Source: a virus
IMG/VR virus record: IMGVR_UViG_3300020391_000290
Location: 32,001 to 96,000 of that record
Reading direction: 5' to 3' (one strand)
DNA length: 64,000 bases
The notes beneath the pieces were generated by a model that saw only the letters and a program-made list of their open reading frames with translations, did no database searches and was not told the DNA's origin. Shown here piece after piece: positions 38,415 to 49,197 of this stretch (positions are counted from its first letter, which is position 1; each line of letters begins with the position of its first letter). Both the position numbers and the translations under genes were made by a program.

Positions 38415-38759
38415 ATGAAAAATCAAGAAGAGTACGCTCGTGAAAGATTCGAGCTTAATAGACAAAAACAAACATTAAAAGAACAACAACAACAAAGACT
38501 TACGGTCACATATAATGGTGGAATATTTTTAGTAGATATGACATTACTATCATATTTGTATATGAAAAATGTAAATGCAGGATTATTTCAACAAAGTAAA
38601 GAAGACATAATACCGGATAGTTACGATACTCCTATAAAAATAGATGTGCAAGAATTAATAGTCTTATGCGATGAACGTTGGAAAGAAGTCCATAATGATT
38701 GGATAGACCAATATGAAGAATTAAAAACTACACGTAAGGCCGGCGATGTCAGCGTCTAA
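38415..38759 (+). CDS. Hypothetical protein
   Basis: 114-aa ORF directly behind a consensus promoter; overlaps the next gene. Confidence 0.7.
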   Translation: MKNQEEYARERFELNRQKQTLKEQQQQRLTVTYNGGIFLVDMTLLSYLYMKNVNAGLFQQSKEDIIPDSYDTPIKIDVQELIVLCDERWKEVHNDWIDQYEELKTTRKAGDVSV

Positions 38760-39528
38760 AGGCGTTCTTTTATTATATACAGAAAATAATTCATTAGACT
38801 ATAAACGTCTAGCAAATTTATCTGCAAGACTTGCTAAACATTATTTGAATGTACCTGCAACTATAGTAAAAATTGATCCTGTCAAAAAAAATACTAGAGT
38901 ATTCAGATATGATGACGGTACCGAAACTATGGAATGGAATAATATTGGTCGATATAGTGCTTATGATCTTAGTCCATATGATGAAACTTTACTAATAGAC
39001 ACAGATTATTTTATTCAAAATAATAATTTAGGTAATTACTTTGAAACTCCTAATACTTTTTTATGCCATAATAATAGTTGGGATATATCTGGTAACGATG
39101 TATTTAGACATGATCAATTTTTAGAAAATGGAGGCAACGGTTTTGAAATGCGTTGGGCTACAGTAGTCTTTTTTAAAAAAAGTATATATGCCAAACAAAT
39201 ATTTGATACTTGGCGTGTTGTATATGAAAATTACAAATACTATAGTAGATTATTTGGATTTAGCGAAACTCCATTTAGAAATGATTTCGCACTAAGCATA
39301 GCCCATCAGATATGCAATGGATATAAAAATACAAACACATTTAAACACAGATTACCCGCACTAAGCACTACTGATACAGTTTTGAATTACGGAAATTGTA
39401 ATTGGCTTATAAAATATAAATTTAAGCAATCCTATAATGTAGTAAGATACAAAGGTGACTTACACGTAATGAACAAAAGATGTATACTTCATAGTGACCT
39501 TTATAGTAAATTATGGAATAGTGTATGA
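38746..39528 (+). CDS. GT-A glycosyltransferase-like (GT8/mannosyltransferase-like)
   Basis: YDLSPYDETLLIDTD (DxD), WATVVFF, FRNDFA, HVMNK. Confidence 0.7.
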   Translation: MSASKGVLLLYTENNSLDYKRLANLSARLAKHYLNVPATIVKIDPVKKNTRVFRYDDGTETMEWNNIGRYSAYDLSPYDETLLIDTDYFIQNNNLGNYFETPNTFLCHNNSWDISGNDVFRHDQFLENGGNGFEMRWATVVFFKKSIYAKQIFDTWRVVYENYKYYSRLFGFSETPFRNDFALSIAHQICNGYKNTNTFKHRLPALSTTDTVLNYGNCNWLIKYKFKQSYNVVRYKGDLHVMNKRCILHSDLYSKLWNSV

Positions 39529-40340
39529 GAGAAAAAACCTATCAACAAGGATATTTAACTTTTGCACAAGGTGAAATGTATCTGAAATGTGCATACTTAC
39601 TGGCTTTAAGTATTAAAACATATTGTACTATAAACAAATTTGCAGTGGTTGTAGATGAAAATACAAAAGTGCCTTCGAACATGGCAGAAATATTTGACGA
39701 AGTAATTGTTATTCCCACCATGGATCCATTTGCTAACGAATGTTTAGCATGGGAACTTACCCCTTTTAAAGAAACCTTTAAGGTAGAAAGTGATATGATT
39801 ATTACTAGTAATATAGATCATTGGTGGCATGGAGTAAGATTGAAAAACATTTGTTTTACAACAAAAGTGTGTAATTACAGAGGCGAATATGCTAATGATT
39901 ATATATATAGAAAAATGTGGTATGAAAATTATATGTTGAATGGTTACAACGGCTTTATGTATTTTAGACATTGTGAAGAAACACAAAAGTTTTTTAAAAA
40001 TTGTAAAATAGTTTTGAATAACTTTCATATATATAAAAATAAAATATTAAAAAATTGTAGACATGAGGTTGCAGACACAGATGTGTTTATGAGTATAGTA
40101 GCGACCGAACTAGGTAAAGAAAATTTTTATTTGCCAAGCCTTTGTTATCCTACTTTTACGCATATGAAATCGCACATAAATAATTTTGCTACAGACGATT
40201 GGCGTAATGCTTGTAGTTGGGCATTAACAGATGATAAAATTTTTTTAGTAAACGGATATGCACAAACAATACCTTTTCATTATTTTCATAAAGATTTTTG
40301 TACACAAGAGTTAGTAAAAAGATATGAGCAGTTTCTTTGA
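39525..40340 (+). CDS. GT-A glycosyltransferase-like, paralog of previous gene
   Basis: GYLTFAQ...AYLLALSIK, LTPFKETFKVESD, FTHMK, PFHY. Confidence 0.65.
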   Translation: MREKTYQQGYLTFAQGEMYLKCAYLLALSIKTYCTINKFAVVVDENTKVPSNMAEIFDEVIVIPTMDPFANECLAWELTPFKETFKVESDMIITSNIDHWWHGVRLKNICFTTKVCNYRGEYANDYIYRKMWYENYMLNGYNGFMYFRHCEETQKFFKNCKIVLNNFHIYKNKILKNCRHEVADTDVFMSIVATELGKENFYLPSLCYPTFTHMKSHINNFATDDWRNACSWALTDDKIFLVNGYAQTIPFHYFHKDFCTQELVKRYEQFL

Positions 40341-40629
40341 TATAGTAGATGTTTTTGAAGCAGTCCCTCCTCCTGAAATACGTTTGTATTATAATCTTGA
40401 TGGTTCTATTTTAAAAACTGCATATGTTGCTAAAGAAGTTGCAGAAAAAGAACCATATATTGTAATTACACAAGAACAATATGATGGTTTAAATAGAAAA
40501 CTAAATTTTGTAATTGACGATGAACTAGTTTATGTGGAGAAAAAATTAAAACTCTGGTATTTAACACAAGCAGAATTAGAAAGGAATCCATACGTATGCA
40601 AACAGCAACTGACATCCAAAGAGGAATAG
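40324..40629 (+). CDS. Hypothetical protein
   Basis: 101-aa ORF overlapping both neighbours; RLYYNLDG motif. Confidence 0.6.
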   Translation: MSSFFDIVDVFEAVPPPEIRLYYNLDGSILKTAYVAKEVAEKEPYIVITQEQYDGLNRKLNFVIDDELVYVEKKLKLWYLTQAELERNPYVCKQQLTSKEE

Positions 40630-41360
40630 ATAGCTTTGAAGTGCTACGACCTTTTGGTCCTTGTATTGTTAAAGCTAAAATACCCGAACAAGTATTACTA
40701 GACTTAATACAAGTATTTGAAAAAAATGGTGACGCAAAAGATCATAGCATGGAGTTAGCAGGCAATATGGTTCGTGAATTTACTATTGATGATAAAATAC
40801 TTAACCCTGAACAAGCACAAAGATTTGTACAAATGTTAGCAGATGGTAGTGCAGAAGTATATAAGGCAGGTAAAAAAGTACGTTGGGAAAATACGAGACG
40901 ATATGTTACAAAAAGACACGTAGATCTTGTAGATCCTCGGATGGACAATATGCAATTAAGTTGTGCTATACACAGTAGTTGGGGTAATATAAGTGTAGCT
41001 GGCGATTTTAATCCATCTCATAGTCATGCTGGTATGATAAGTGGTGTAGGATATTTGCGTTTACCAGATAATATAGAACAAGAATGGGAAAATGAAGATC
41101 ATGATCCTAGTGTCGGTATGATTAATTTTATTAATGGTAGTACTTTGCCTTTGGATTCAAACAGTACTAGATTTAGACCTGCAATAGGAGATATATATTT
41201 CTTTCCTGCATGGCTTACACATCAAGTTTATCCATTTCGTAGTGAAGGTGAAAGATGGAGTTTTAGTTTTAATACCACTATTGAAAATTTACATGATGAT
41301 ACAGATCTTACAAATGCAGATAAAAAAATAATTAAAGAAGGTTATAATGACAAAAGTTGA
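40596..41360 (+). CDS. 2OG-Fe(II) oxygenase-like protein
   Basis: FNPSHSH...SGVGYL...FFPAWLTHQVYP...RWSFSFN jelly-roll motifs. Confidence 0.8.
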   Translation: MQTATDIQRGIDSFEVLRPFGPCIVKAKIPEQVLLDLIQVFEKNGDAKDHSMELAGNMVREFTIDDKILNPEQAQRFVQMLADGSAEVYKAGKKVRWENTRRYVTKRHVDLVDPRMDNMQLSCAIHSSWGNISVAGDFNPSHSHAGMISGVGYLRLPDNIEQEWENEDHDPSVGMINFINGSTLPLDSNSTRFRPAIGDIYFFPAWLTHQVYPFRSEGERWSFSFNTTIENLHDDTDLTNADKKIIKEGYNDKS

Positions 41361-42258
41361 TGTTGCTGACTTAGATTGTATATATCTAAGTTATGATGAG
41401 CCTATGAAAGAAGAGTTTTGGGTTAAGATTCAAAATATGGTTCCGTGGGCTAAAAGAGTAGATGGAGTCGAAGGAAGCGATGCGGCTCATAAAGCAGCGG
41501 CAAAGGCAAGTGATACAGAACGTTTTGTATTATTAGATGGCGATAATATGCCTTATCCTGAATTCTTTGATATAACTTTGGATATAAAAGATGAATATAA
41601 AGATTGCGTTTTCCGTTGGAAAGCAATAAATGCAATAAACGGATTGATGTACGGAAACGGAGGTATTAGTTGCTGGACACGTAGTTTTGTAAATAAAATG
41701 AAAACACATGAAAACAGTGATGGTGCAGACGAAAATGAAGTAGAATTTTGTTATGATCCAAAATACCTTGCGATGAATAATGTATATAGTACTACACATC
41801 CTAATGGTGATGCATTTCATTCCTGGAGAGCAGGATTTAGAGAAGGTGTAAAAATGTGTCTTAATAGAGGCACAAAACCTACATTAATAGAATTTAATGA
41901 AATGGTGCATAAGAGTAATTTCGATAGACTAAGCGTATGGCATAACATAGGGGCAGATGCAAATTTTGGCGATTATTGTATTGCAGGTGCTAGATATGGT
42001 ACTTATAGAACAATGCTTACTGAATGGGACTATACGGAAGTACAGGACTTTTATCACTTAGGAGAGATATATTCTGAATGGAAAGGTATTGACCAATTAA
42101 AAATTAACAACCTACTACAAACACGTTTAGGATTACATATAAGTGAGTTTACAAGTGAACAAAGTAAGTTCTTCAAAAAAAATTACCTGCAGACACATAG
42201 ACAAACTGATCCAATGAGATTAGAAATTGATTCTATACGTAGTGCAGAAGGCTGGTAA
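41347..42258 (+). CDS. Glycosyltransferase-like protein (GT-A)
   Basis: YLSYDEP, AHKAAA, LLDGDN (DxD), NGLMYGNGG, WRAGFREGVK. Confidence 0.65.
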   Translation: MTKVDVADLDCIYLSYDEPMKEEFWVKIQNMVPWAKRVDGVEGSDAAHKAAAKASDTERFVLLDGDNMPYPEFFDITLDIKDEYKDCVFRWKAINAINGLMYGNGGISCWTRSFVNKMKTHENSDGADENEVEFCYDPKYLAMNNVYSTTHPNGDAFHSWRAGFREGVKMCLNRGTKPTLIEFNEMVHKSNFDRLSVWHNIGADANFGDYCIAGARYGTYRTMLTEWDYTEVQDFYHLGEIYSEWKGIDQLKINNLLQTRLGLHISEFTSEQSKFFKKNYLQTHRQTDPMRLEIDSIRSAEGW

Positions 42259-43616
42259 TGAGTGATTATTACAACGATGCATTAGTTGCCAAGGCTAAAT
42301 TAGCAAATGTAAGTGACAGTTTCTGTTTAGCTAAATGGAAACAAGTAAGTTTACATTTGACTACTGGACATACTAATAGTTGTTATCATCCTCCACTGCA
42401 TAAAATTCCTATTGCTCCGCTTTGGGATAATCCTAGTGCTTTACATAATACTGAACACAAAAAACAAAGCCGTAAAGAGATGATTAAAGGAATAAAGTGT
42501 ACAGACTGTAATTATTGTTGGAATATTGAAGCACAAGGAAATTTAAGTGACAGGCATTATCGTAGTGGTGAACCTTGGGCTATGGATACCTTTGACGACA
42601 TTGTTAATAATCCTGAGGCAGATGTAAATCCTAGCTACGTAGAAGTAAATTTTAATAATGTATGTAATCTAGCCTGTAGTTATTGTTCACCTCAATTTAG
42701 TAGCACATGGACAAAAGAATCAAAAGAATTTGGTGCTTGGCCTACTAGTACACCACATAATGACCCTACACATTTTGTAGGAGATCGTCGTGCAATTGCT
42801 AACAGAGAAGATAATCCTTATAGAGAAGCATTTTGGCGTTGGTGGCCTGACTTATATAAAGATTTAAAACATTTTCGTATGACAGGTGGCGAACCTACTA
42901 TGGATCCAAACACTTATCGAGTGTTTGATTATGTCCTTAAGAACCCTAAAACAGATTTACATCTCAATACAACAAGTAATTTTTCTGTACAAGAAAAAAT
43001 ATGGCAAAAATACAAGTCGTATGTCCAGCGGCTATGTGAAGGTCAACAAATAGAGCATTTTATGCAGTTTGTCAGTCTTGATACTTGGGGTTCTCAAGCA
43101 GAATATATTAGACATGGGTTAAATTTTGACCTTGCGATAAATAGATGTGAAGAGTTTGTAAGAGATGTTCCATATAGAAGCAGTCTTACATTCATCGTCA
43201 CAATGAATAATCTAAGTATCCTTTCATTAAAAAAACTTTTAGAGTACATTGTGTACTTACGAAAAACATATACAGATACATATCAACGTATATGGTTCGA
43301 TACGCCTCTTCTGTATACGCCAGAATGGCAAAGTTTACAAATATTACCTCAAGAGTATAGTGTTATAATGGATGAGGTAATAAAATATATGGAGGAAAAC
43401 TTAGATGAAATGCATGGATTTAAGGACTATGAAGTGCTTAAAATGAAAAGAGATAGAGACTGGATGTTGTTAGGGACTAATAATGTAGAACGTAAAAGAG
43501 GTGACTTTTACAAATTTTTTACAGAGCATGATAAACGTCGTAATACAAATTTTTTAAAAACTTTTCCTGAAATGGAAAATTTTTGGTCACAATGTATGTA
43601 TTGGAGTAATAAGTGA
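42258..43616 (+). CDS. Radical SAM protein with N-terminal SPASM/twitch-like domain
   Basis: FCLAKW...SCYHP...CNYCW, then CNLACSYC and TGGEP. Confidence 0.9.
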   Translation: MSDYYNDALVAKAKLANVSDSFCLAKWKQVSLHLTTGHTNSCYHPPLHKIPIAPLWDNPSALHNTEHKKQSRKEMIKGIKCTDCNYCWNIEAQGNLSDRHYRSGEPWAMDTFDDIVNNPEADVNPSYVEVNFNNVCNLACSYCSPQFSSTWTKESKEFGAWPTSTPHNDPTHFVGDRRAIANREDNPYREAFWRWWPDLYKDLKHFRMTGGEPTMDPNTYRVFDYVLKNPKTDLHLNTTSNFSVQEKIWQKYKSYVQRLCEGQQIEHFMQFVSLDTWGSQAEYIRHGLNFDLAINRCEEFVRDVPYRSSLTFIVTMNNLSILSLKKLLEYIVYLRKTYTDTYQRIWFDTPLLYTPEWQSLQILPQEYSVIMDEVIKYMEENLDEMHGFKDYEVLKMKRDRDWMLLGTNNVERKRGDFYKFFTEHDKRRNTNFLKTFPEMENFWSQCMYWSNK

Positions 43617-45112
43617 TTGACTTATTATTACTAAATGTTCCTCGTATTAGTTTAGTATATCCGCCAGCTGGCACTAGTCTGCTAAAAGGAGTGGTAGAAC
43701 AGCAAGGATTTACTTGTACTGTAAAAGATTCTAACTTTGAATTATTGGATAGTATAAAAAATGATGAAGATTTTGAAGAAATAACAAATTATTTTACAAT
43801 TCCTAATGCGGAGGTTACTACACATTGTCAAAAAATTATAGATCAATGGTATACTGATCTAGTAAATTATATTTTAAAACTAAATCCAAGACATGTTGGC
43901 ATTAGTGTTTTTACGTTTGAATGTCAAGTGGCAACTAGGGAATTATGTAAACTATTACGTGCAGTATATAAAGGTAAGATTATAATTGGAGGTGCTGGAT
44001 TAAGCACAACAGGCATAGCAACACAAGTTAACGATTTTGGAAACATGTTGTTATCAAGCAAACAGGTTGATTATTATGTACGCGGTGAAGGTGAACATGC
44101 ATTAATAGATATATTAAAAGAAAATACAGGAAGTGGTATTAATAACGACAACTATGTACAAATAGAAGATCTAAATAGCCTTGCTTATCCTAATTACGAT
44201 GACGTAATTAAATATGAATATCATTATAGTATAGAAAATATACAATTACCAATTACTACAAGTAGAGGATGTGTAAGAAGGTGTAGTTTTTGTGATATAC
44301 ATGCATTTTGGAAAAAGTATACATATAGATCTGGAGAAAATATAGCTGGTGAGATGATTTCACATTACGAAAAGTATGGAGTACGTGATTTTTTCTTTAC
44401 AGATAGTCTAATAAACGGAAATTTAAAAAGTTTTCGACAACTATGTGACTGGTTAGTAAACTATTATGAAGCTAATAATCTTCCTGACAAATTTTTTAGT
44501 TGGGGAGGTCAATGGATTGTGAGGACAGAAAAACATTTAAGTCCAGATGACTATAAAAAAGCCGCAAGGAGTGGAATGAATGGGTTAGCAATGGGCGTAG
44601 AAAGCCTAAGTGAACAAATAAGAAAAGATATGAATAAAGGGTTTAAAAATGTTGATATTGATTATACACTAGAGCAGTTTAGATTGCACGGTATAAATTG
44701 TTATTTCCTAATGATAGTAGGGTATCCTACTGAAAAAGAAGAACATCATTTAGAAACAATGCAAATGTTTACAAAATATCAAGGTTATGCAATTGACGGA
44801 ACAATATTTGGTGTGAACTTAGGAGGAACTTTAAGCATAGACGAAGGAAGTCCTTTACATAAAGGCAGTATACACTTTGGATTAGAGCCAACAACAGAAA
44901 ATGAAGAATTATTTGGTTTAGATTGGACAAGCAAAGAAAATCCAAAACTTACTTTACTAGAAAGAATAAATCGACGAATAGACCTACAAGAATTACTTAT
45001 GGATTTAGGTTATACTGTATGGAATGGTGATCATCAATTAAAAAGACTTAAAGCAAGTTATGAGCGTATTAAACAAAATACCTATCACTTTAAAGATATA
45101 CTACACTCATAG
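43613..45112 (+). CDS. Cobalamin-binding (class B) radical SAM protein
   Basis: B12-binding N-domain (GISVF, IIIGGAG, VRGEGE), SRGCVRRCSFC, GVES, IVGYPTE. Confidence 0.9.
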   Translation: MIDLLLLNVPRISLVYPPAGTSLLKGVVEQQGFTCTVKDSNFELLDSIKNDEDFEEITNYFTIPNAEVTTHCQKIIDQWYTDLVNYILKLNPRHVGISVFTFECQVATRELCKLLRAVYKGKIIIGGAGLSTTGIATQVNDFGNMLLSSKQVDYYVRGEGEHALIDILKENTGSGINNDNYVQIEDLNSLAYPNYDDVIKYEYHYSIENIQLPITTSRGCVRRCSFCDIHAFWKKYTYRSGENIAGEMISHYEKYGVRDFFFTDSLINGNLKSFRQLCDWLVNYYEANNLPDKFFSWGGQWIVRTEKHLSPDDYKKAARSGMNGLAMGVESLSEQIRKDMNKGFKNVDIDYTLEQFRLHGINCYFLMIVGYPTEKEEHHLETMQMFTKYQGYAIDGTIFGVNLGGTLSIDEGSPLHKGSIHFGLEPTTENEELFGLDWTSKENPKLTLLERINRRIDLQELLMDLGYTVWNGDHQLKRLKASYERIKQNTYHFKDILHS

Positions 45113-45569
45113 TGGACACACAAATGGCTGGCCTTTGTGTAGAATATTATGGGATAATAAACAAGTAGCAAACTTTAAAGCGGATGGACAAGAAATAGAG
45201 TTTACAGTACTCCCTAAACCTGAAGGTATCAGTACACTTATAGTAGAACATTATGGGAAAAATGTATATACTGAACATGATAAATTTATAGAAGTAATTG
45301 CAATGAGAGTGAATAACATACCATTAAAAAATATACTATGGGAATCAACACAATATCCAATAACTGCACCCTGGGACGAGCCGTGGCAAGAAGACGGAAA
45401 TTTATATCTCGGACATAATGGTCATATTGTTTGGAAATTTAATAATCCTATGTTGTTAGATATACAAAAAAGATTAGGAGTACGGAGACGTACTCAAGAA
45501 GGACAGGAAAGTACAAAACAAGTGTTAAATGAAATAAAAGAATATTTTAAAAATGAAAAAGATAGATAA
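45060..45569 (+). CDS. Hypothetical protein
   Basis: 169-aa ORF; HYGKN...YLGHNG motifs shared with 46188..46493. Confidence 0.6.
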   Translation: MSVLNKIPITLKIYYTHSGHTNGWPLCRILWDNKQVANFKADGQEIEFTVLPKPEGISTLIVEHYGKNVYTEHDKFIEVIAMRVNNIPLKNILWESTQYPITAPWDEPWQEDGNLYLGHNGHIVWKFNNPMLLDIQKRLGVRRRTQEGQESTKQVLNEIKEYFKNEKDR

Positions 45570-46194
45570 TTTTTTTACTAAAAAAGATTGCGAATGGTTT
45601 TTGTGGTATAATACTATTTTACCTGACACAAGAGATAATGGATTGCGTTTAATGAGTATGACACACTTTGCACAACCATTTTTTGCACGTAAACTTACGG
45701 ATTTACATAAACGTTTGCCAGATAATGAAGAAATTACTACATTAAATATTAATTTTGACTATGGAGCAGGTGGGATACATAGTGATGGATATATTGAACA
45801 TGATAAGAATGATGAAATTGCCAACAGTTATCTTATTCCTATTATAGTAAATGAAGTAGACAAATATTATACAATTGTATTTGATCAAGTTAGTAAGGAA
45901 GCAGTTACATTCAACGGCGAAACAGGTTTAGGAGATAAAGGTATAACCACTTATAAGCAAATTACTAGTGATGATTTTGGTCTAAGCAACGAACCTTTTG
46001 ATAAAGAAATTTATGACATGTATCTTACTCATTTAAACTACAATGCTTTAAAAGGACTGACAGTAGCACATGTACATGAATGGACACTAGGAAGTGCAAT
46101 GACATGGCCCAGACAGAATTTTCATGTAAGTGCAAACTTTGTAAATAAAAATACTAGAGCAAGTGTGTTAATTACAACGAGATACAAATGTTAG
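45553..46194 (+). CDS. Hypothetical protein, possible 2OG-Fe(II)/cupin fold
   Basis: IHSD, LIPI, late FHVS motif. Confidence 0.5.
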   Translation: MKKIDNFFTKKDCEWFLWYNTILPDTRDNGLRLMSMTHFAQPFFARKLTDLHKRLPDNEEITTLNINFDYGAGGIHSDGYIEHDKNDEIANSYLIPIIVNEVDKYYTIVFDQVSKEAVTFNGETGLGDKGITTYKQITSDDFGLSNEPFDKEIYDMYLTHLNYNALKGLTVAHVHEWTLGSAMTWPRQNFHVSANFVNKNTRASVLITTRYKC

Positions 46195-46493
46195 AATTTG
46201 ATTTTAAAAACAATGGTAGTATCGTTTATGATATCGAAATAAAAGACAGAGGAGCTAAGATACGTTTTTATGGAAAAAACTACAATACAAATACTGATGA
46301 TTATGTTATAATAGAAAATATATATTATAAAGACTTAATACTTCCAGAACTATTAGAATTCAGTAAAATGACTACAGATAACAAAGATTATAAAGAATTG
46401 ACTAATGTAAATTATATAAGTTTTAATGGCATATGGGAAATTAAGTTTACAGACAATGATTTGAAACAGATATTAAAGAAAAAATTGACATGA
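46188..46493 (+). CDS. Hypothetical protein
   Basis: 101-aa ORF; FYGKN...YISFNGIW. Confidence 0.55.
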   Translation: MLEFDFKNNGSIVYDIEIKDRGAKIRFYGKNYNTNTDDYVIIENIYYKDLILPELLEFSKMTTDNKDYKELTNVNYISFNGIWEIKFTDNDLKQILKKKLT

Positions 46494-47884
46494 GTGAAGG
46501 AAATCCTGCAAATAATTTAGAAGTTTTACAAAACACTTTACCTCCTTTGGAGTTTAAAAAACTTCATTTAGATAAACGTAGTAGTAGTTTTTGTGGTGCG
46601 AAATGGTACAATGCAACAATATGGCTTGGTAGTGGTATGACGACTAGTTGTCATCATCCTTTGCCACATAAAATTGATCCTATTGCAGTACAAACTAATC
46701 CAAAATTATTACATAACACACCTGAGAAAAAGGAACAGAGGCGTCAAATGCAGTGTGGTGAACGTCCTAGTGGATGTGAATACTGTTGGAAAATTGAAGA
46801 TATGGGCTCACAACATGTTAGTGATAGAGTTTATAAAAGTTGGATATATACAGATGAGGAACTTACTGATGCATTTACAAGAGACTATAATGAAGATTTT
46901 GAACTTAGAAGCCTTGAGATCGCCTTTGACAGGACATGCAATTTTGCTTGTAGTTATTGCAATCCTGCGTTTTCAAGCACTTGGGTAAAAGATCTTAAAA
47001 AAGACGGACCATATAAAAACTTACAAAGTGATGGAAGAGGACACTTTACACATCCACACGATTCTAATCAATTGTATGGATATCAAGAATTTAATCCTTA
47101 TGTGGAAGCGTTTTTTAAATGGTGGGATAGTGACTTACATAAAACACTTAGGCAATTAAGAGTGACTGGCGGGGAGCCGTTAATGAGCCCAGATCTTTGG
47201 AAACTTATAGAATGGTTTGAAAAGAATGGAGATAAAAGTACGACAAGTCTAGCAATAAACAGTAATTTGGTTGCAAAGCCTGAACTGATACAACGTCTAA
47301 TAAATGTTAAACGACATCTGCCTAGTTTAGCCGTTTATACAAGTGCAGAAGCAATAGGTGGGGCGGCAGAATACATACGTGATGGAATGAACTTTACACA
47401 ATGGTGGGATAATATATGTCGTTTACACGAAGCAGATATCGATACACATTGTATGTGTACAATAAATGCACTTTGTTTAGAAACATTACCTGACTTAGTA
47501 GAACGCATTATGAAGCAACGCAAAGAGTATGGTATGCGTTTCGCAGTTATGAGCTTTAATATATTACGTTTTCCTAGTTTTCAAAGTCCATTAGTTTTAC
47601 CAGATAATATTAAACTGAGACACGTAGATAGATTAAAGCAATTACGTAAAACTTATGCACCTAAATTGTTAAATAGAACAGATTGCTTTCATGAATTTGA
47701 ATTAGGACAATTAGATAGATTAATAGAATATATACAAGTAGTAGATAAACCTCACAGCGAAGGATTTGATATGCCTAGATTACATAATGATTTTAGAAAG
47801 TTTTATCAGCAATATGATATAAGAAGAAATAAAAATTTTCCTAAAACTTTTCCAGAACTAGAGGAATGGTATGAAACACTATGA
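46490..47884 (+). CDS. Radical SAM protein with N-terminal SPASM/twitch-like domain
   Basis: FCGAKW...SCHHP...CEYCW; CNFACSYC; TGGEP. Confidence 0.9.
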   Translation: MSEGNPANNLEVLQNTLPPLEFKKLHLDKRSSSFCGAKWYNATIWLGSGMTTSCHHPLPHKIDPIAVQTNPKLLHNTPEKKEQRRQMQCGERPSGCEYCWKIEDMGSQHVSDRVYKSWIYTDEELTDAFTRDYNEDFELRSLEIAFDRTCNFACSYCNPAFSSTWVKDLKKDGPYKNLQSDGRGHFTHPHDSNQLYGYQEFNPYVEAFFKWWDSDLHKTLRQLRVTGGEPLMSPDLWKLIEWFEKNGDKSTTSLAINSNLVAKPELIQRLINVKRHLPSLAVYTSAEAIGGAAEYIRDGMNFTQWWDNICRLHEADIDTHCMCTINALCLETLPDLVERIMKQRKEYGMRFAVMSFNILRFPSFQSPLVLPDNIKLRHVDRLKQLRKTYAPKLLNRTDCFHEFELGQLDRLIEYIQVVDKPHSEGFDMPRLHNDFRKFYQQYDIRRNKNFPKTFPELEEWYETL

Positions 47885-49197
47885 CAGATGACTTAGACAA
47901 TTACTATAAAAATTATGATTACCATACACGTAAACCTGTTTATGTTAAGATTGAAGATTTAAATGAAACACAACGTAGTAGACTTTTGACTAGTAAAAGT
48001 TTTTGTATACTTCCATGGGTACACCTACATGCATTTCCAACAGGTGAAGCATATCCTTGTTGTTTAGCACGTATGGATCAACCTCTTGGTTCGCTACGTG
48101 AAAGTTCAATGAAAGAAATATGGAACAGTACTGATCTTAAAAAAATGAGAGAAAATATGATGCAAGACAAATCTTGTAATCAGTGTACTAAATGTTATGA
48201 GCAAGAAGAAAATGGTTTTGTAAGTATGCGTTATAGTGCTAACAAAAATCATGGCCATCATATTACAAGAGTCGACGAAACTGAACAGGATGGGTATTAC
48301 AAAGATTTCAAATTAACTTATTATGATATCCGTTTTAGTAACTTATGTAATTTAAGTTGTAGATCATGTGGTGATATTTTTAGCAGTAACTGGGTAAAGG
48401 AAGCAAAAAAATATGGTTGGTTAAAACCAAGCCATCCTAATGTAAGTTATGCTGGCAAATACGAAATGGATATGTGGGAGCAACTGCAACCTCATTTGGA
48501 TAGTATCGAAAATGTTTACTTTGCCGGCGGTGAACCGCTAATGATGAAGGAACATTATAATTTATTAAATGCACTTATTGAAAGAGGTAGAACAGATGTA
48601 CGTCTAAACTACAATACAAATTTTACGGAATTAATATTTAAAAAACAAGATGTACTAGAATTATGGAATAAGTTTGATGTAGTAAGTATTGGTGCTAGTT
48701 TAGATGCAAGTTACGACAGAGGCGAACTTATGCGTAAAGGTACAAATTGGACTAAAGTTGTAGAAAATCGCAAACGTATGTTAGAGATTTGTCCAACCGT
48801 AGATTTTTATATTAGTACAACTCTTAGTGTAATGAATGTTTATCATATATTGGATCTGCATAAAGAATGGACTGAACTTGGACTAATTAAAGCACAGGAT
48901 TTTAATGTCAATATACTTCAAGATCCTGAACGTTTTAGAATAGATATACTACCAACAGATATGAAACAGGAAATTAACGACTTATATAAAGAACACATAG
49001 AATGGTTAGAACCACAGGATAATCTTACTCGTGCAACAAATGGATTTAAAAGTGCAATTACTTTTATGAATGCAAAAGATAATAGTGCATTAATCGATGA
49101 TTTTGTAAAACGTACAGACGAAATGGATCGCTTTAGGAACGAAGGATTCTTTTCAGTATTTCCAGAATTAGAAAGACTTCGAAAGTATGTCAAGTAA
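47881..49197 (+). CDS. Radical SAM protein with N-terminal SPASM/twitch-like domain
   Basis: FCILPW...YPCC...CTKC; CNLSCRSC; AGGEP. Confidence 0.9.
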   Translation: MTDDLDNYYKNYDYHTRKPVYVKIEDLNETQRSRLLTSKSFCILPWVHLHAFPTGEAYPCCLARMDQPLGSLRESSMKEIWNSTDLKKMRENMMQDKSCNQCTKCYEQEENGFVSMRYSANKNHGHHITRVDETEQDGYYKDFKLTYYDIRFSNLCNLSCRSCGDIFSSNWVKEAKKYGWLKPSHPNVSYAGKYEMDMWEQLQPHLDSIENVYFAGGEPLMMKEHYNLLNALIERGRTDVRLNYNTNFTELIFKKQDVLELWNKFDVVSIGASLDASYDRGELMRKGTNWTKVVENRKRMLEICPTVDFYISTTLSVMNVYHILDLHKEWTELGLIKAQDFNVNILQDPERFRIDILPTDMKQEINDLYKEHIEWLEPQDNLTRATNGFKSAITFMNAKDNSALIDDFVKRTDEMDRFRNEGFFSVFPELERLRKYVK

